Source: a virus. From it: 64,000 nt of DNA. The notes under the pieces are model-generated. The model was given only the letters and a program-made list of their open reading frames with translations, was not told the DNA's origin and ran no database searches. The translations under genes and the position numbers were made by a program. Below, one piece after another: positions 38,029 through 47,496 of the stretch (position 1 is the first letter of the stretch; the number at the start of each line of letters is the position of its first letter). The stretch spans positions 35,751 to 99,750 of IMG/VR virus record IMGVR_UViG_3300044639_001193; one strand, 5' to 3'.

Positions 38029-38641
38029 CTGCTTCTCCTTCCCATAGTTCTTTATCTATTGTTAGTAGTTCTGTTTCACACTCAACGCATAGGTCTTGTG
38101 GCTCACCGTCACACTCAAACTGCTCATGGCATTGGTCGCATGAGTGGTGGTAGTTGTCACCGTAATACTCCCGATAGATTTCGCAAGGCGTTCCTTTCTC
38201 AAAAGAACCTTGCAATACAACTTCGGGAATACCTTTGCGATAGATATAAGTTCCGTAGAACGCCATACCTTCCTCGGTGAATTTGTGAGTGATAGTTACT
38301 TTTGGATTGTCTTTAGACAACTGACTTAGAACTGGTACTGGTGGTGACCACGCTGTTTGGAAGTTGATAACTAAGTCACCGCCTTCCCAACAAGTATCGT
38401 CATACTTCTCTGACCACTCGCCGTCATTTAAGAACATCACATCACTAGCGTTCCACTTTGTTCCCCAATTTTCAATACGCCACTCGTACCACTCAGCACC
38501 AGTAGGCATTGGAACTACCTTCTCAAAGTCAAAGAGTGCTTCATCACCTTCACTTTGAGTTGTGGCAATTTGCTTTAGAAGTTTGTTTAACATTTTTGGC
38601 TTACCAACAATAGTTAATTCGTTACTGCACCAATTCGGCAT
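37967..38641 (-). CDS. DUF1281/YubB ferredoxin-like protein
   Basis: MPNWCSN, WYEWR.ENWGTKW, FQTAWSPP. Confidence 0.8.
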   Translation of the reverse strand: MPNWCSNELTIVGKPKMLNKLLKQIATTQSEGDEALFDFEKVVPMPTGAEWYEWRIENWGTKWNASDVMFLNDGEWSEKYDDTCWEGGDLVINFQTAWSPPVPVLSQLSKDNPKVTITHKFTEEGMAFYGTYIYRKGIPEVVLQGSFEKGTPCEIYREYYGDNYHHSCDQCHEQFECDGEPQDLCVECETELLTIDKELWEGEADEVQSIAKETPDSKELLSNA

Positions 38642-39233
38642 TTGCTTCTCCTTCTGCTTGTAGTCGGTGAGTTAGTGGGCGATACACGATTGACTTACCG
38701 CCACCAGTTTTGTACCCGTAGCGAGCAAACCTGAATTGAAGTGCGCTAGTAGTAATGCCTAACGCCTTTGCTACGGCATAGACACTAACGCCCCTCTCAA
38801 CCTGTGCATAAGCAAGTTGTGTAAAGTCCTCGGCTTCTTGACGATACTTCTTTCCCCTACCTCTAACTAACTTTGCTTTTGAGTAAAGTTCTTTTAACTC
38901 AGTTAATACATCATTAGGAATTTGCACTCGGTTAATGACTTCTCTATTGAGTGTGCGAGTAGGTATTGGTGGTATTGGCAAACTTGCGATTGCTTTTCTC
39001 ACCTCGGACTCATTATTTGTTTTAGAAGTTTCATATAACCTAATTGACTCTCTAGTTATATTAAGAACATCTGCAATACATTGTAGAGTCCAACCTGCTT
39101 TAGATAGTTCTGCTGAGTAAGCCCTGCGCTCTTTAAGTGCTAAGCCCCTAAGTATGTCTGCAACTTCTTTAGGCAAAGTGTGCTTACTCTTTTGTGGTAG
39201 TTCTACTGTAAGTGTGACTTTTTCTCTTGTCAT
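38622..39233 (-). CDS. Tandem-HTH DNA-binding protein
   Basis: GWTLQ.IA.VL.ITRESIR and GVS...VAKALGIT.SAL.FR. Confidence 0.7.
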   Translation of the reverse strand: MTREKVTLTVELPQKSKHTLPKEVADILRGLALKERRAYSAELSKAGWTLQCIADVLNITRESIRLYETSKTNNESEVRKAIASLPIPPIPTRTLNREVINRVQIPNDVLTELKELYSKAKLVRGRGKKYRQEAEDFTQLAYAQVERGVSVYAVAKALGITTSALQFRFARYGYKTGGGKSIVYRPLTHRLQAEGEANAELVQ

Positions 39234-39670
39234 TTGATTACTACTCCGTTCTTGATAGTGGTTTCTAACTCCTTTTGCAGGTCTGCCATTTTTTCATCAA
39301 AGGCTTGTCGTGCGTAGTCGTGATAGTGGTCGGGTATTTGCGCTAAGACTTCTTGAATAGCATGGTGAGGAATATAAGTAGTTCTATACCTTAAAGCACC
39401 GTCTTTTCTAAAGCCTCGTACAACTGCATTATGAAAGGTTGCGGTGTTTGCTTCATCACCGTATCCCAAGTGGTATTGCAGTTCCTCTAGTTGATACTTC
39501 TCTTTGTCGGCAGATAAAACATATTTTCTTAGATTTTGGTCATAAACCATTTGACCCATTTCAATAAATATGCGTTCTGTTTCGGCTAGTTGCACATAAC
39601 AACTAAAGCCAAAACTTGATTGTGCATTGACGGTTGCTTCTGTTGTTGGTGCGATTGTTGTTGTAGTCAT
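39230..39670 (-). CDS. Hypothetical protein (MTTTTIA start)
   Basis: GGAG RBS before 39670. Confidence 0.6.
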   Translation of the reverse strand: MTTTTIAPTTEATVNAQSSFGFSCYVQLAETERIFIEMGQMVYDQNLRKYVLSADKEKYQLEELQYHLGYGDEANTATFHNAVVRGFRKDGALRYRTTYIPHHAIQEVLAQIPDHYHDYARQAFDEKMADLQKELETTIKNGVVIK

Positions 39671-39672
39671 TT

Positions 39673-39966
39673 TTATTTCTCCCATAGTTCTTTATCTAGT
39701 TGTTCTACTTGTGTATCTATTTGTATTTCACTTATGCGCTTAAAGTCAAAGCGCATACTCTCCATAATTGCGTCTGCAATTCTGTCGTCACCCTCAGTAC
39801 CATTAACAACTGTTTCCCACTCATCATCATTGACAACTGGCAACTCTGTTGTTTCTGCCCACTCGCTAAACTCATACATGAATTCGGTTTTGTCAAACCA
39901 AGTAATATAAATTACATCATCAGGGTTTAACTTTTCCAATAACGCTATTGCTCTTGATACTTGCAT
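39673..39966 (-). CDS. Acidic paralog 4
   Basis: PDD...WFDK; ends QLDKELWEK. Confidence 0.7.
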   Translation of the reverse strand: MQVSRAIALLEKLNPDDVIYITWFDKTEFMYEFSEWAETTELPVVNDDEWETVVNGTEGDDRIADAIMESMRFDFKRISEIQIDTQVEQLDKELWEK

Positions 39967-39969
39967 TTT

Positions 39970-40278
39970 TTATCCTTCCCATAGTTGTTCATCAGTTATA
40001 CCTGCCTTGTAATTAGCCATGAAGTCTGCAATAAACTTCTCGGTGTGTTCATCTGTTTCTTTCATCATTAGTTCTAAGTCTTTACGGATACCAGCACCTA
40101 ACATTTGGTCATTGAATTGCACATTAAAGTTATCTGCAACTAAATCCCACTCGCTATCCATTAGTAACCTTGCTTCGGTATCTAAGTGCTTAAAGCACTC
40201 TTTATCCCATAACGCAACAACCAGTTGTGTATCGGGTTGATACTTCTTTAGCAGTTCTTGTAACTCACTTACTTTCAT
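39970..40278 (-). CDS. Acidic paralog 3
   Basis: PDT...LWDK; ends DEQLWEG. Confidence 0.7.
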   Translation of the reverse strand: MKVSELQELLKKYQPDTQLVVALWDKECFKHLDTEARLLMDSEWDLVADNFNVQFNDQMLGAGIRKDLELMMKETDEHTEKFIADFMANYKAGITDEQLWEG

Positions 40279-40612
40279 TTGTTGTTCTCCCCTCGGTATC
40301 CCATAGTTCTGTATCTGACTCTGCTTCTTTTACTTCACCAATTAGTCGGCTCAATACATCTCGGCAACTATCGTTAAAGTTTTCATTGAACCGTTCCCAA
40401 ATATAATCGTCATTGTCTATGCTGTTAATAATTTCTTTAACAACATCATCAGTAACAAATTTATTTGTATCTATTACTTCATCATTTTCATCTGTGTATT
40501 CCATTTGACTAAAGGCTTCTGCAATATCGTCTTTGTTGATATAAGTAACCCACACTTCATCATCAGGGTTCATACTGCTAAAGCGTTCTGCAAGGTCTTT
40601 TGCTTTTGACAT
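40265..40612 (-). CDS. Acidic paralog 2
   Basis: PDD...YINK; DTELWD near the end. Confidence 0.7.
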   Translation of the reverse strand: MSKAKDLAERFSSMNPDDEVWVTYINKDDIAEAFSQMEYTDENDEVIDTNKFVTDDVVKEIINSIDNDDYIWERFNENFNDSCRDVLSRLIGEVKEAESDTELWDTEGRTTNESK

Positions 40613-40617
40613 TGTTG

Positions 40618-40947
40618 CTACTCCTTATCCCATAGTTGTTTATCTAGTTGTTCATCATAAGTTGCTTCTGATTGTTCATTACTCCACTCGTCTAACGCTT
40701 CAATTAGTGATTGAGTAATACCGTCACCAACATCAGGGGTGTCATATTGCTGTTCTGTTGCGTACTCCCATGACTCATTGAAGGCTTCATTAACTTCTTT
40801 ATCAGTTAAGTTGTGTTCATCTTTGAGTTCTGTAAGTGTTTCCTCAACCCACTCTTTGCAGAGTTCTTTATCCCAATAAAGAACAAGTAAATGTTCTTTA
40901 GGGTCATAAGCAGATAGTTCTTTGATAATACTTTCTACTGTTGCCAT
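40618..40947 (-). CDS. Acidic paralog 1
   Basis: PKE...YWDK; ends QLDKQLWDKE. Confidence 0.7.
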   Translation of the reverse strand: MATVESIIKELSAYDPKEHLLVLYWDKELCKEWVEETLTELKDEHNLTDKEVNEAFNESWEYATEQQYDTPDVGDGITQSLIEALDEWSNEQSEATYDEQLDKQLWDKE

Positions 40948-40961
40948 TTGTTATTCCTTTC

Positions 40962-41669
40962 CTAGTGATACTTCTTAGCGCAATATGCACCCATGCCACC
41001 AGCAACACTCTTTAGAAGTGTGAGTGTGCGACCACAATGAACGCATATACCAACCTGTGCTGAATACTTGATTGCAAGTTCCAGCGTTAGTCGGTCTTTA
41101 GGTTCTAATTGAAATAGAACATCATGCTTTTCACTATTGCGTACATATTTTTTTGCAACATCTGAGTAAGTCCAAACACTCCAACGCCGACTCTCAGAAC
41201 CTAGACGGATTGAATAGATAACTCCGTCTAGTAGATAAGCACCTACCTCTGTGATTTTCATTGGTGGTTTAATTTCGTAATTAGACTTTAATGCGTTAAT
41301 GATTGCAGATACATCTTTGCGGTCTAGTTCATTAAGCGCATTAACTTTGCGATTGCGTAGATAGTGATTGAGAGTGTCAAACCCACCTTCTTTTGTTTTG
41401 ATTAGTGCTGTTGCAAAAGAAAGTTGCTTCTCTGTTGCAGGGTTAATGACTCCTGCCTTGTTAGGTAGCAAAAGTAACTTAGAAATTAGTTCTCCAGCAC
41501 CTTGCACATTAAGTTGTTCAATATCAACCTCACCAAAGGTATGCTCTTTAGTTTCCAGTAATGATTTGATAAAGAACTGTTGTCTTTCACTTGCGTAGCG
41601 CACTTGGTACTGCCCATAACCATTTGCGCCTGTTGAACCGCCTGTGCGGTGTTTAGTTGCTGTTGTCAT
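40962..41669 (-). CDS. Protein with two A(S/T)E(R/K)Q repeats and a C-terminal DUF6011-like Zn finger
   Basis: CVHCGRTLT...S...GMG..CA. Confidence 0.65.
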   Translation of the reverse strand: MTTATKHRTGGSTGANGYGQYQVRYASERQQFFIKSLLETKEHTFGEVDIEQLNVQGAGELISKLLLLPNKAGVINPATEKQLSFATALIKTKEGGFDTLNHYLRNRKVNALNELDRKDVSAIINALKSNYEIKPPMKITEVGAYLLDGVIYSIRLGSESRRWSVWTYSDVAKKYVRNSEKHDVLFQLEPKDRLTLELAIKYSAQVGICVHCGRTLTLLKSVAGGMGAYCAKKYH

Positions 41670-42012
41670 TTGTTTCTCCTATCGGTGTTGTTGTTAGTAG
41701 TCGGTAATTAGATATTTCTTTTTTGATTAGTCTTGCTTCTTTAGCAGTTACAAGTTCTGCTTTAACTACTTCGTAGCGTTCTTTATCTGCTTTCTTGTTC
41801 CATGTCTTGCAGTAACGATTAGCGTTGTGTTGTGTTGCTGACCATGAGGAATAGATAGCACCCCACTCGCTAATTTCTTTTGAGATTATGCAATAAGAAT
41901 AATCTTTATCTGCACTCCCTCTAACTGCTTTGTATCCTGCGCTGTTAGTTGCAACAAAATACTTGCGTGGTTGTCGTACCCAACCTGTTTGGTTTAGTAA
42001 GTCTTGACCCAT
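41653..42012 (-). CDS. Hypothetical protein
   Basis: 119-aa ORF in operon. Confidence 0.6.
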   Translation of the reverse strand: MGQDLLNQTGWVRQPRKYFVATNSAGYKAVRGSADKDYSYCIISKEISEWGAIYSSWSATQHNANRYCKTWNKKADKERYEVVKAELVTAKEARLIKKEISNYRLLTTTPIGETNDNSN

Positions 42013-42014
42013 GA

Positions 42015-42593
42015 TTAGTTATCCTTTCCTGCATAGGCGAGTTCAATTAACTGCTCAAACTCTTTGATACTGAAAGTCACAACGCCGTAAGCCTCAATTC
42101 CATAACCGTTTTGAGTTACTTCAACATTGTTATTAGAACCTAGAAGTTCTTTAGCACTATCTATAATGGATTGGCGTGAGCGTTCTATCTCTTGTGCAAT
42201 TCGCTCAATATGAGCGCGTTCCAAAAGACGGCGTTCTTTTTCCTCTATCTCGCGCTTCTCTTGTTCTGATTGCTTTGCTTTCCAACGAGGCTCTAGCACC
42301 GACCACTCAGCAACAATATCTGCAAGGCGTGAAGTCCAATAGAAGTCTGTGCCACCGTTATCTGTTGCCTTCACAAGTACGCCAACGGAACGATTGCCCT
42401 GCTGTGCTTTTGTGAAGGTAGGTTCATGCTTGCGTTGTGAAGGCTCGTACTCGTACTTAGTTAGTTCAACAAGCGTTGCCTTAACAACATCATTTTCTCG
42501 TACATTGTCTATCTCTCTTGAACCGCGACTTGAATATGTCCATGAAGGAACGATTGCGTATTCTTTTCCAACTGTTAGTTCTGATAGTTTCAT
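42015..42593 (-). CDS. Hypothetical protein
   Basis: 192-aa ORF. Confidence 0.65.
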   Translation of the reverse strand: MKLSELTVGKEYAIVPSWTYSSRGSREIDNVRENDVVKATLVELTKYEYEPSQRKHEPTFTKAQQGNRSVGVLVKATDNGGTDFYWTSRLADIVAEWSVLEPRWKAKQSEQEKREIEEKERRLLERAHIERIAQEIERSRQSIIDSAKELLGSNNNVEVTQNGYGIEAYGVVTFSIKEFEQLIELAYAGKDN

Positions 42594-42620
42594 TTTATTT
42601 ATTCCGTTTCTTTTTCTCCT

Positions 42621-42648
42621 ATCGGGGTAGCCCTGTTGCTACCCCGAT
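42621..42648. other. Intergenic stem-loop
   Basis: ATCGGGGTAGC...GCTACCCCGAT, 11-bp stem. Confidence 0.6.
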
Positions 42649-42658
42649 ATTTATTTAC

Positions 42659-44695
42659 TTACTTAACTAGATTGCGTGAGATTGCAAGGCGCACTAAAGA
42701 CTTACCTAAAGTTGTAATGTCTTTAGCAGATTGAAGTTGTGTTACCAACTCAAACGAGTGCCGTACTCCGTTTAAGTAATCGGCACTTAGATTGCGACCC
42801 TCATATAGCAACGCTTGGCAAGTAAGAACGCCAGCGTTTTTCATTTCGGTAACGGCTTGTTCTCCTGCTTCACTATCCCAAGCACCGTCGGTAATCATGC
42901 AAAGCAACTTAATTGGCTTGTCGCTCTCAGCAAGTACCTTCTTAGCGTAAAGGATTGAGTCTTTAGGATTTGTGCCACCGTTAGCACCTGAGTCGCGGAT
43001 AGTTGTACCAGCCTTCTCGTTCTTGTCATAAAGAAGTGTGGTACTGCTATCAAAGAGAACAACTGTTGTTGTTGCTTCTACTGACTCTAGTGCTTTCTTA
43101 ATAGCCCACATGGATTTGTAGGCTTCTTTAGCGTTATGCCCTGCCATTGAGGAACTTCTATCTAACAAAATTACTGCTTCAATAGCAGTAACATCATCAC
43201 GCCCCTCTTGCCACTCATCAAAACAAGTGTCTAAGTCATTACCCATTAGATAACGAGTTGCATTTATTTTTCCGTTGTCGGTTTGCTTTAACCAAGCAGG
43301 GTCGTGGTCTGCTCGCAAGCGTTCTAACTCTCGCGCAAAGGCTCTCGCACTAAGCACTAACTCAGGGCTTGCAGGAACATTTGAGTAGCGAGCCTTGTCG
43401 GGTGTCTTTGCATTACCGCCAGTTAGTTCAACCTCAACGCCAGCCTGTTTTGCAATTCGGTTAATCTCTTTTGATAGTTGCTCAACAATATCGTTCATAA
43501 CATCATTGAGAACATCAGTAACTTGTTGATTGCTACCAGTAACGCCTTGCGCGTTACCAGCACTATTGCCACCGTTACCGTCACTATCATCAACTTCATC
43601 ACTTAGTTCATCATCAAAGTCCTCAAACTCATCAGCAAACTCATCATCAGAAGTTTTCTCATCTTGGTCAAAAGAATTATCTTTTGACTTTGGTTGAGTA
43701 GCACCACCGCAACCACCTGCGTTGATTGGCTTGCTATCGCTATCTGAATTGTCTTTAGAAGTTTCATCAGACTTATCTTGGATAACAACATCAAGCACAA
43801 CATTTTTCTTTTGATTAGCGATTGCAGTTTGTTGGTCACGCTTTTGTTGTGCGGTCTTTGCAGGTCGCACACTAGAACTTTCCACGCCCTCTACTGGGCG
43901 ATTACCATGACCGTTAGGGCTATGGATACGGATAGTTACTGTTGTGCCTTCACCGTTACCGTTGCCACCGTCTTGCGGTGATTGCGGTTGCTTAGGCAAG
44001 TTGTCCAAAAGATTATTGAACGCAACGATAAGTTCTTTTGCTCTTTCGGTATCGTCATTACTTGCAAATATCAGTAAGCGATATTCGTCAATAATGGTTG
44101 CGAGTGCTTTTATGTCGCTCGGTACTTTGTATTTATCTACTGCAAGTTGTCGCAACTCAACTGGTAGATATTGCCGACCATAAACCAAAGGGAACGCTGT
44201 TGTTACTGCTTCATCATTACCGAGAAGGTAATCAACGATTGTTGCAGTAAGCCAGTTTTCAACTGTTGGTAGATAACCAGTTAGCAAAGTTTCAATACGC
44301 ATATCCTCTAGGCAATTAAAACTTTCCCAAAGTGCTTGTGCATTGTCTTGTTCTCTTATCCATATCGGCAAGGCATGACCATTTCTAGGCGTATATAAAA
44401 GATGACTCAATTCGTGGAACGATAACCCTTGCAAAGAAAGAATTGAGTGTGCAGATAGGTCAAACTTAATCTCAGATAAGTTCAACCACATTTCGCTAGT
44501 GCTTGACCAAGCAGGTGCTTTATATTCGGGTTGCTCAACGATATTAACTTTTATTCTGCGACCCGTTAAAACACTATTGACTCGCGCCAATACTGTTGCG
44601 ATTGAGTTTAAGTGCTTGCGTGTAACTTGTTTTGCTTGTTCCGCTTTATCTATTTGCTCTTGCAATAGTTGCGGTGCTGAGTTTCCTGCTCTCAC
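42659..44695 (-). CDS. CobT-like vWA protein with an HExxH domain
   Basis: FHELSH, N.LED.RIE, acidic linker, MIDAS DRSSS...GGT...TDG. Confidence 0.85.
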   Translation of the reverse strand: MRAGNSAPQLLQEQIDKAEQAKQVTRKHLNSIATVLARVNSVLTGRRIKVNIVEQPEYKAPAWSSTSEMWLNLSEIKFDLSAHSILSLQGLSFHELSHLLYTPRNGHALPIWIREQDNAQALWESFNCLEDMRIETLLTGYLPTVENWLTATIVDYLLGNDEAVTTAFPLVYGRQYLPVELRQLAVDKYKVPSDIKALATIIDEYRLLIFASNDDTERAKELIVAFNNLLDNLPKQPQSPQDGGNGNGEGTTVTIRIHSPNGHGNRPVEGVESSSVRPAKTAQQKRDQQTAIANQKKNVVLDVVIQDKSDETSKDNSDSDSKPINAGGCGGATQPKSKDNSFDQDEKTSDDEFADEFEDFDDELSDEVDDSDGNGGNSAGNAQGVTGSNQQVTDVLNDVMNDIVEQLSKEINRIAKQAGVEVELTGGNAKTPDKARYSNVPASPELVLSARAFARELERLRADHDPAWLKQTDNGKINATRYLMGNDLDTCFDEWQEGRDDVTAIEAVILLDRSSSMAGHNAKEAYKSMWAIKKALESVEATTTVVLFDSSTTLLYDKNEKAGTTIRDSGANGGTNPKDSILYAKKVLAESDKPIKLLCMITDGAWDSEAGEQAVTEMKNAGVLTCQALLYEGRNLSADYLNGVRHSFELVTQLQSAKDITTLGKSLVRLAISRNLVK

Positions 44696-44714
44696 TTTAT
44701 TTTCTCCTATCGGT

Positions 44715-46070
44715 TTAGTTGCGGATTAGTGTTGTAGTGCTGTTGAGTTCTTGCTCTAGGTCGTGGCGGTGTGCTTCTAAAAGAAGTTTCACACTTGGGC
44801 GTTCATCATCATTGAAGTTGTTTAGGAAGTTATCTACTGCATACTCGTAACCCAACTCTTGTGCAAACTTCTGAAAGTTCTTTAGCAAGCGAGTTGAGAG
44901 TGGTGTTTCGTAGATACCTTGAATTGAGTCTGCTCTCATTTGCTGAACTAGATTAAGCAAGGTTGCAGACTTAATGAACTTCTTTTCAATTTCAATGTCG
45001 TACTCAAAACGCAACTTGTGGTGAAAGCGGTCAATAAACGCTTGATTGAGTTTATTGTTGCCATGATATTTGTCGTTGTAAGAACCAACGATTAAAACAT
45101 TTTCACCTTTTGGAATTACCTCGCCCCTGTTATCAAGCAAAGTAAGTGTGCGAGTGCTATCAAGTGTTGGGAATAAAACGCCCGATTGCTTTGCAATAAT
45201 GAAAGTCAATTCGTCTAAGTGAATTACTGCATTACCTTCACGCCAGCACTCAGTAAAGCCACCGTCTTGCCAAAACAAATTACCAATTTGATTAGGCATA
45301 ATTTTTCCAAACAACTGGCTACTTTCAATTCCTGCATTGAAGTTAATGCGGTAGTAATTAAGCCCACGCTTACCTGCATAAGCCATTGTGCTTGTTGTCT
45401 TACCTGTTCCTGCTTCACCAACGATTGCAACATTGAGATTATTTATTAACGCATGGTCATAAATATCTGTTTCTGTTTTACCGTTAGCAAAAGTTCTTTC
45501 AATATAACCTGAAATCTCAGGGTCACTTAAAGAAGGAACAAAAGAAAGATTGCTTGTTGATTGAGTTGCTTTGCGTTCAATGACGATTGCAGGTGCAACT
45601 GCTACTGGTACTGGTGTAACTGTTGGTGTTGATTGCGTTGTTGTTGCTGACTTGTCGCTTCTCCCGTCGGAACGGTATTGCGATAGCAACTCAGGGTCTT
45701 GCTCTATTTGTGCATACACTTCTTTAAGCACCTCTCCGATAGTTTGCTGGCTGATTGTTTTGTCACGCAAACCAAACTGCTTTGTCAATTTCTGAATTAG
45801 CACGATTGGTTTTTCATTTGTAGTGATTGCATGAATATCTGTTGCTGTTAATGGTGTTGATAGAACTGAACCAACGATTAAAGAAGTTTCGCTATCGGCG
45901 TTACTGACGATTGCTAAATAACTATCGTTGTTCCAAGCATTATCGGTACCGCGACCACCATTGGTAGTGCGTGACCATGCAAAGTTCTTTCCGTTGTAAT
46001 TGGCGATTAGATATTGCTTTAGTGTTCCGACTTCATTTGTTTGCCCTGTAATTAGGATTGCGTGTGACAT
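44715..46070 (-). CDS. MoxR/CbbQ/CobS-like AAA+ ATPase
   Basis: GEAGTGKT, WQDG, HLDE, N..Y.G...LNQAF.DRF. Confidence 0.88.
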   Translation of the reverse strand: MSHAILITGQTNEVGTLKQYLIANYNGKNFAWSRTTNGGRGTDNAWNNDSYLAIVSNADSETSLIVGSVLSTPLTATDIHAITTNEKPIVLIQKLTKQFGLRDKTISQQTIGEVLKEVYAQIEQDPELLSQYRSDGRSDKSATTTQSTPTVTPVPVAVAPAIVIERKATQSTSNLSFVPSLSDPEISGYIERTFANGKTETDIYDHALINNLNVAIVGEAGTGKTTSTMAYAGKRGLNYYRINFNAGIESSQLFGKIMPNQIGNLFWQDGGFTECWREGNAVIHLDELTFIIAKQSGVLFPTLDSTRTLTLLDNRGEVIPKGENVLIVGSYNDKYHGNNKLNQAFIDRFHHKLRFEYDIEIEKKFIKSATLLNLVQQMRADSIQGIYETPLSTRLLKNFQKFAQELGYEYAVDNFLNNFNDDERPSVKLLLEAHRHDLEQELNSTTTLIRN

Positions 46071-46087
46071 TTTTTATTCCGTTTCTG

Positions 46088-46378
46088 TTAGTTGTTGTTG
46101 GTAGTTGTTGCAGGTGCATTGAACATATCGTTTAGGTCTGACACTTCTTTAGCCTTCTTAACGGCTTCATCAGTTGCGACTTGAACGGCTTTACTTAGTC
46201 TAGTTGGGTCTGAAATTGCAAGTAGCGTTGTAGTTCCCATATAGAAAACCTCTTGCTCGCTTGCTGTTGGGTTGAGGTACTCAATGGCTTGAAGTAACTC
46301 ATGGAACTGATTGGCGTTACTAAAGAAGGTTGCCCCTGTAATTTTCGCCCCTCGGAACTTACTTAGTGGATTACGCAT
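46088..46378 (-). CDS. Hypothetical protein
   Basis: AAGGAG RBS before MRNPL. Confidence 0.6.
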   Translation of the reverse strand: MRNPLSKFRGAKITGATFFSNANQFHELLQAIEYLNPTASEQEVFYMGTTTLLAISDPTRLSKAVQVATDEAVKKAKEVSDLNDMFNAPATTTNNN

Positions 46379-46502
46379 TTTTATTTTCTCCTTTATTTTG
46401 TAACGACGATTTAATATCAAGGATTACTAAGCGGATAACAAGTAGTGCAGGTACTCCGATAAGTACCTGCACTAAAGAAGTTAGCAAGCGATTGAGTGTC
46501 AT
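46371..46502 (-). CDS. Membrane microprotein (43 aa)
   Basis: MTLNRLLTSLVQVLIGVPALLVIRLV; contains a 13-bp inverted repeat at 46443-46474. Confidence 0.45.
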   Translation of the reverse strand: MTLNRLLTSLVQVLIGVPALLVIRLVILDIKSSLQNKGENKNA

Positions 46503-46733
46503 TTATTTTCTCCGTTTCATTAGTTTGATTATGCGTTTCGGTTCTTTGTCCAAGCAAACATCAACAACTATCACGCTGTTTTTATTTACCTGTTTTAAGT
46601 GATTGTCAATTACTTTTGTAATGCAAAGTTCATAGTCATACTCGTCGGGAGTTAAGTCGTTCTTATCAACTATGAACTTATCGTTAGCAGTTTCATCAAA
46701 ATAAACTGTTACTAGAAAGGATTGGCGTTGCAT
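46503..46733 (-). CDS. Hypothetical protein
   Basis: Abutting ORF. Confidence 0.55.
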   Translation of the reverse strand: MQRQSFLVTVYFDETANDKFIVDKNDLTPDEYDYELCITKVIDNHLKQVNKNSVIVVDVCLDKEPKRIIKLMKRRK

Positions 46734-46997
46734 TTATTTCACCCACGCTTCTAATCGCAACTGGTCAATTACTTGGTAAGCAAGTACGGAACTGTCACCG
46801 CGAAAGGTAACGCCATTAGATAGTTCCAGTACCAAGTTAGGTTGCTGTTCATTACACGCATGAATTGCCTCAACTGCAACCTCAACCATGAATTGCGGAA
46901 CTGGTGGATAGCAATTAGTTGAGAAGTGAATTGAGATTTGATTTTCAAGTGTTAAAGAAGTTTGAGCAGATAAGTCATTAGCGAAGTTAGAACCCAT
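46734..46997 (-). CDS. Hypothetical protein (start MGSNFA)
   Basis: GGAG RBS; H...N.YPPVP..M. Confidence 0.6.
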   Translation of the reverse strand: MGSNFANDLSAQTSLTLENQISIHFSTNCYPPVPQFMVEVAVEAIHACNEQQPNLVLELSNGVTFRGDSSVLAYQVIDQLRLEAWVK

Positions 46998-47076
46998 TTT
47001 ATTTTCTCCATTTGTTAGTAGTTGTTTGTTTGTTTTTGCAAGTAAGTATTTAGTTGTTATTAAGTTGTTAAAGAAG

Positions 47077-47457
47077 TTAGAACTCAATTTTTCCGTAGAG
47101 TGCCTGTTGCAAAACAAAATACGCAAAGCAACCGTCGTACTCATTATGGTCAAGTGAGTGACCGCCACAATGAGTGCTGTTGTTATCAAGTAATTCTGCG
47201 TAAGCGTTAGCAAGTTTTTCTAGTGTTAATTTCTTACTGCGTACTTTCCAATAACCACCAGTTGGATTGGTGTCTATATCGTAATACTTAACTGAAACTG
47301 TCAAAGTATTTTCGTTGTAACCGATTAACTCGGTGAAGTCCGAGCAACCGTAGAAGTCTGAACCAGTAATTGCCTCAAAGAAATCTTTAGCGTTAATTTC
47401 TTTTGTTGTTGTAATTGTGATTGCTTTATTTTTTGCGATTGTTGTTGTTGTAGTCAT
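47077..47457 (-). CDS. Hypothetical protein, first gene of the leftward block
   Basis: GGAG RBS; ends LQQALYGKIEF. Confidence 0.65.
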   Translation of the reverse strand: MTTTTTIAKNKAITITTTKEINAKDFFEAITGSDFYGCSDFTELIGYNENTLTVSVKYYDIDTNPTGGYWKVRSKKLTLEKLANAYAELLDNNSTHCGGHSLDHNEYDGCFAYFVLQQALYGKIEF

Positions 47458-47496
47458 TTTTTATTCTCCAGTTCATAGTTGTTAATTGGATTGAAT

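Noticed and set aside
34856-40947. Integron (integrase plus repeat-bounded small genes)
   Set aside because: No attC-like palindromes; the repeats are 10-bp and coding; the integrase is co-directional and has no recognisable IntI features
46443-46474. 13-bp inverted repeat as a terminator
   Set aside because: Lies within a plausible micro-ORF mid-operon and has no U tract; function unresolved
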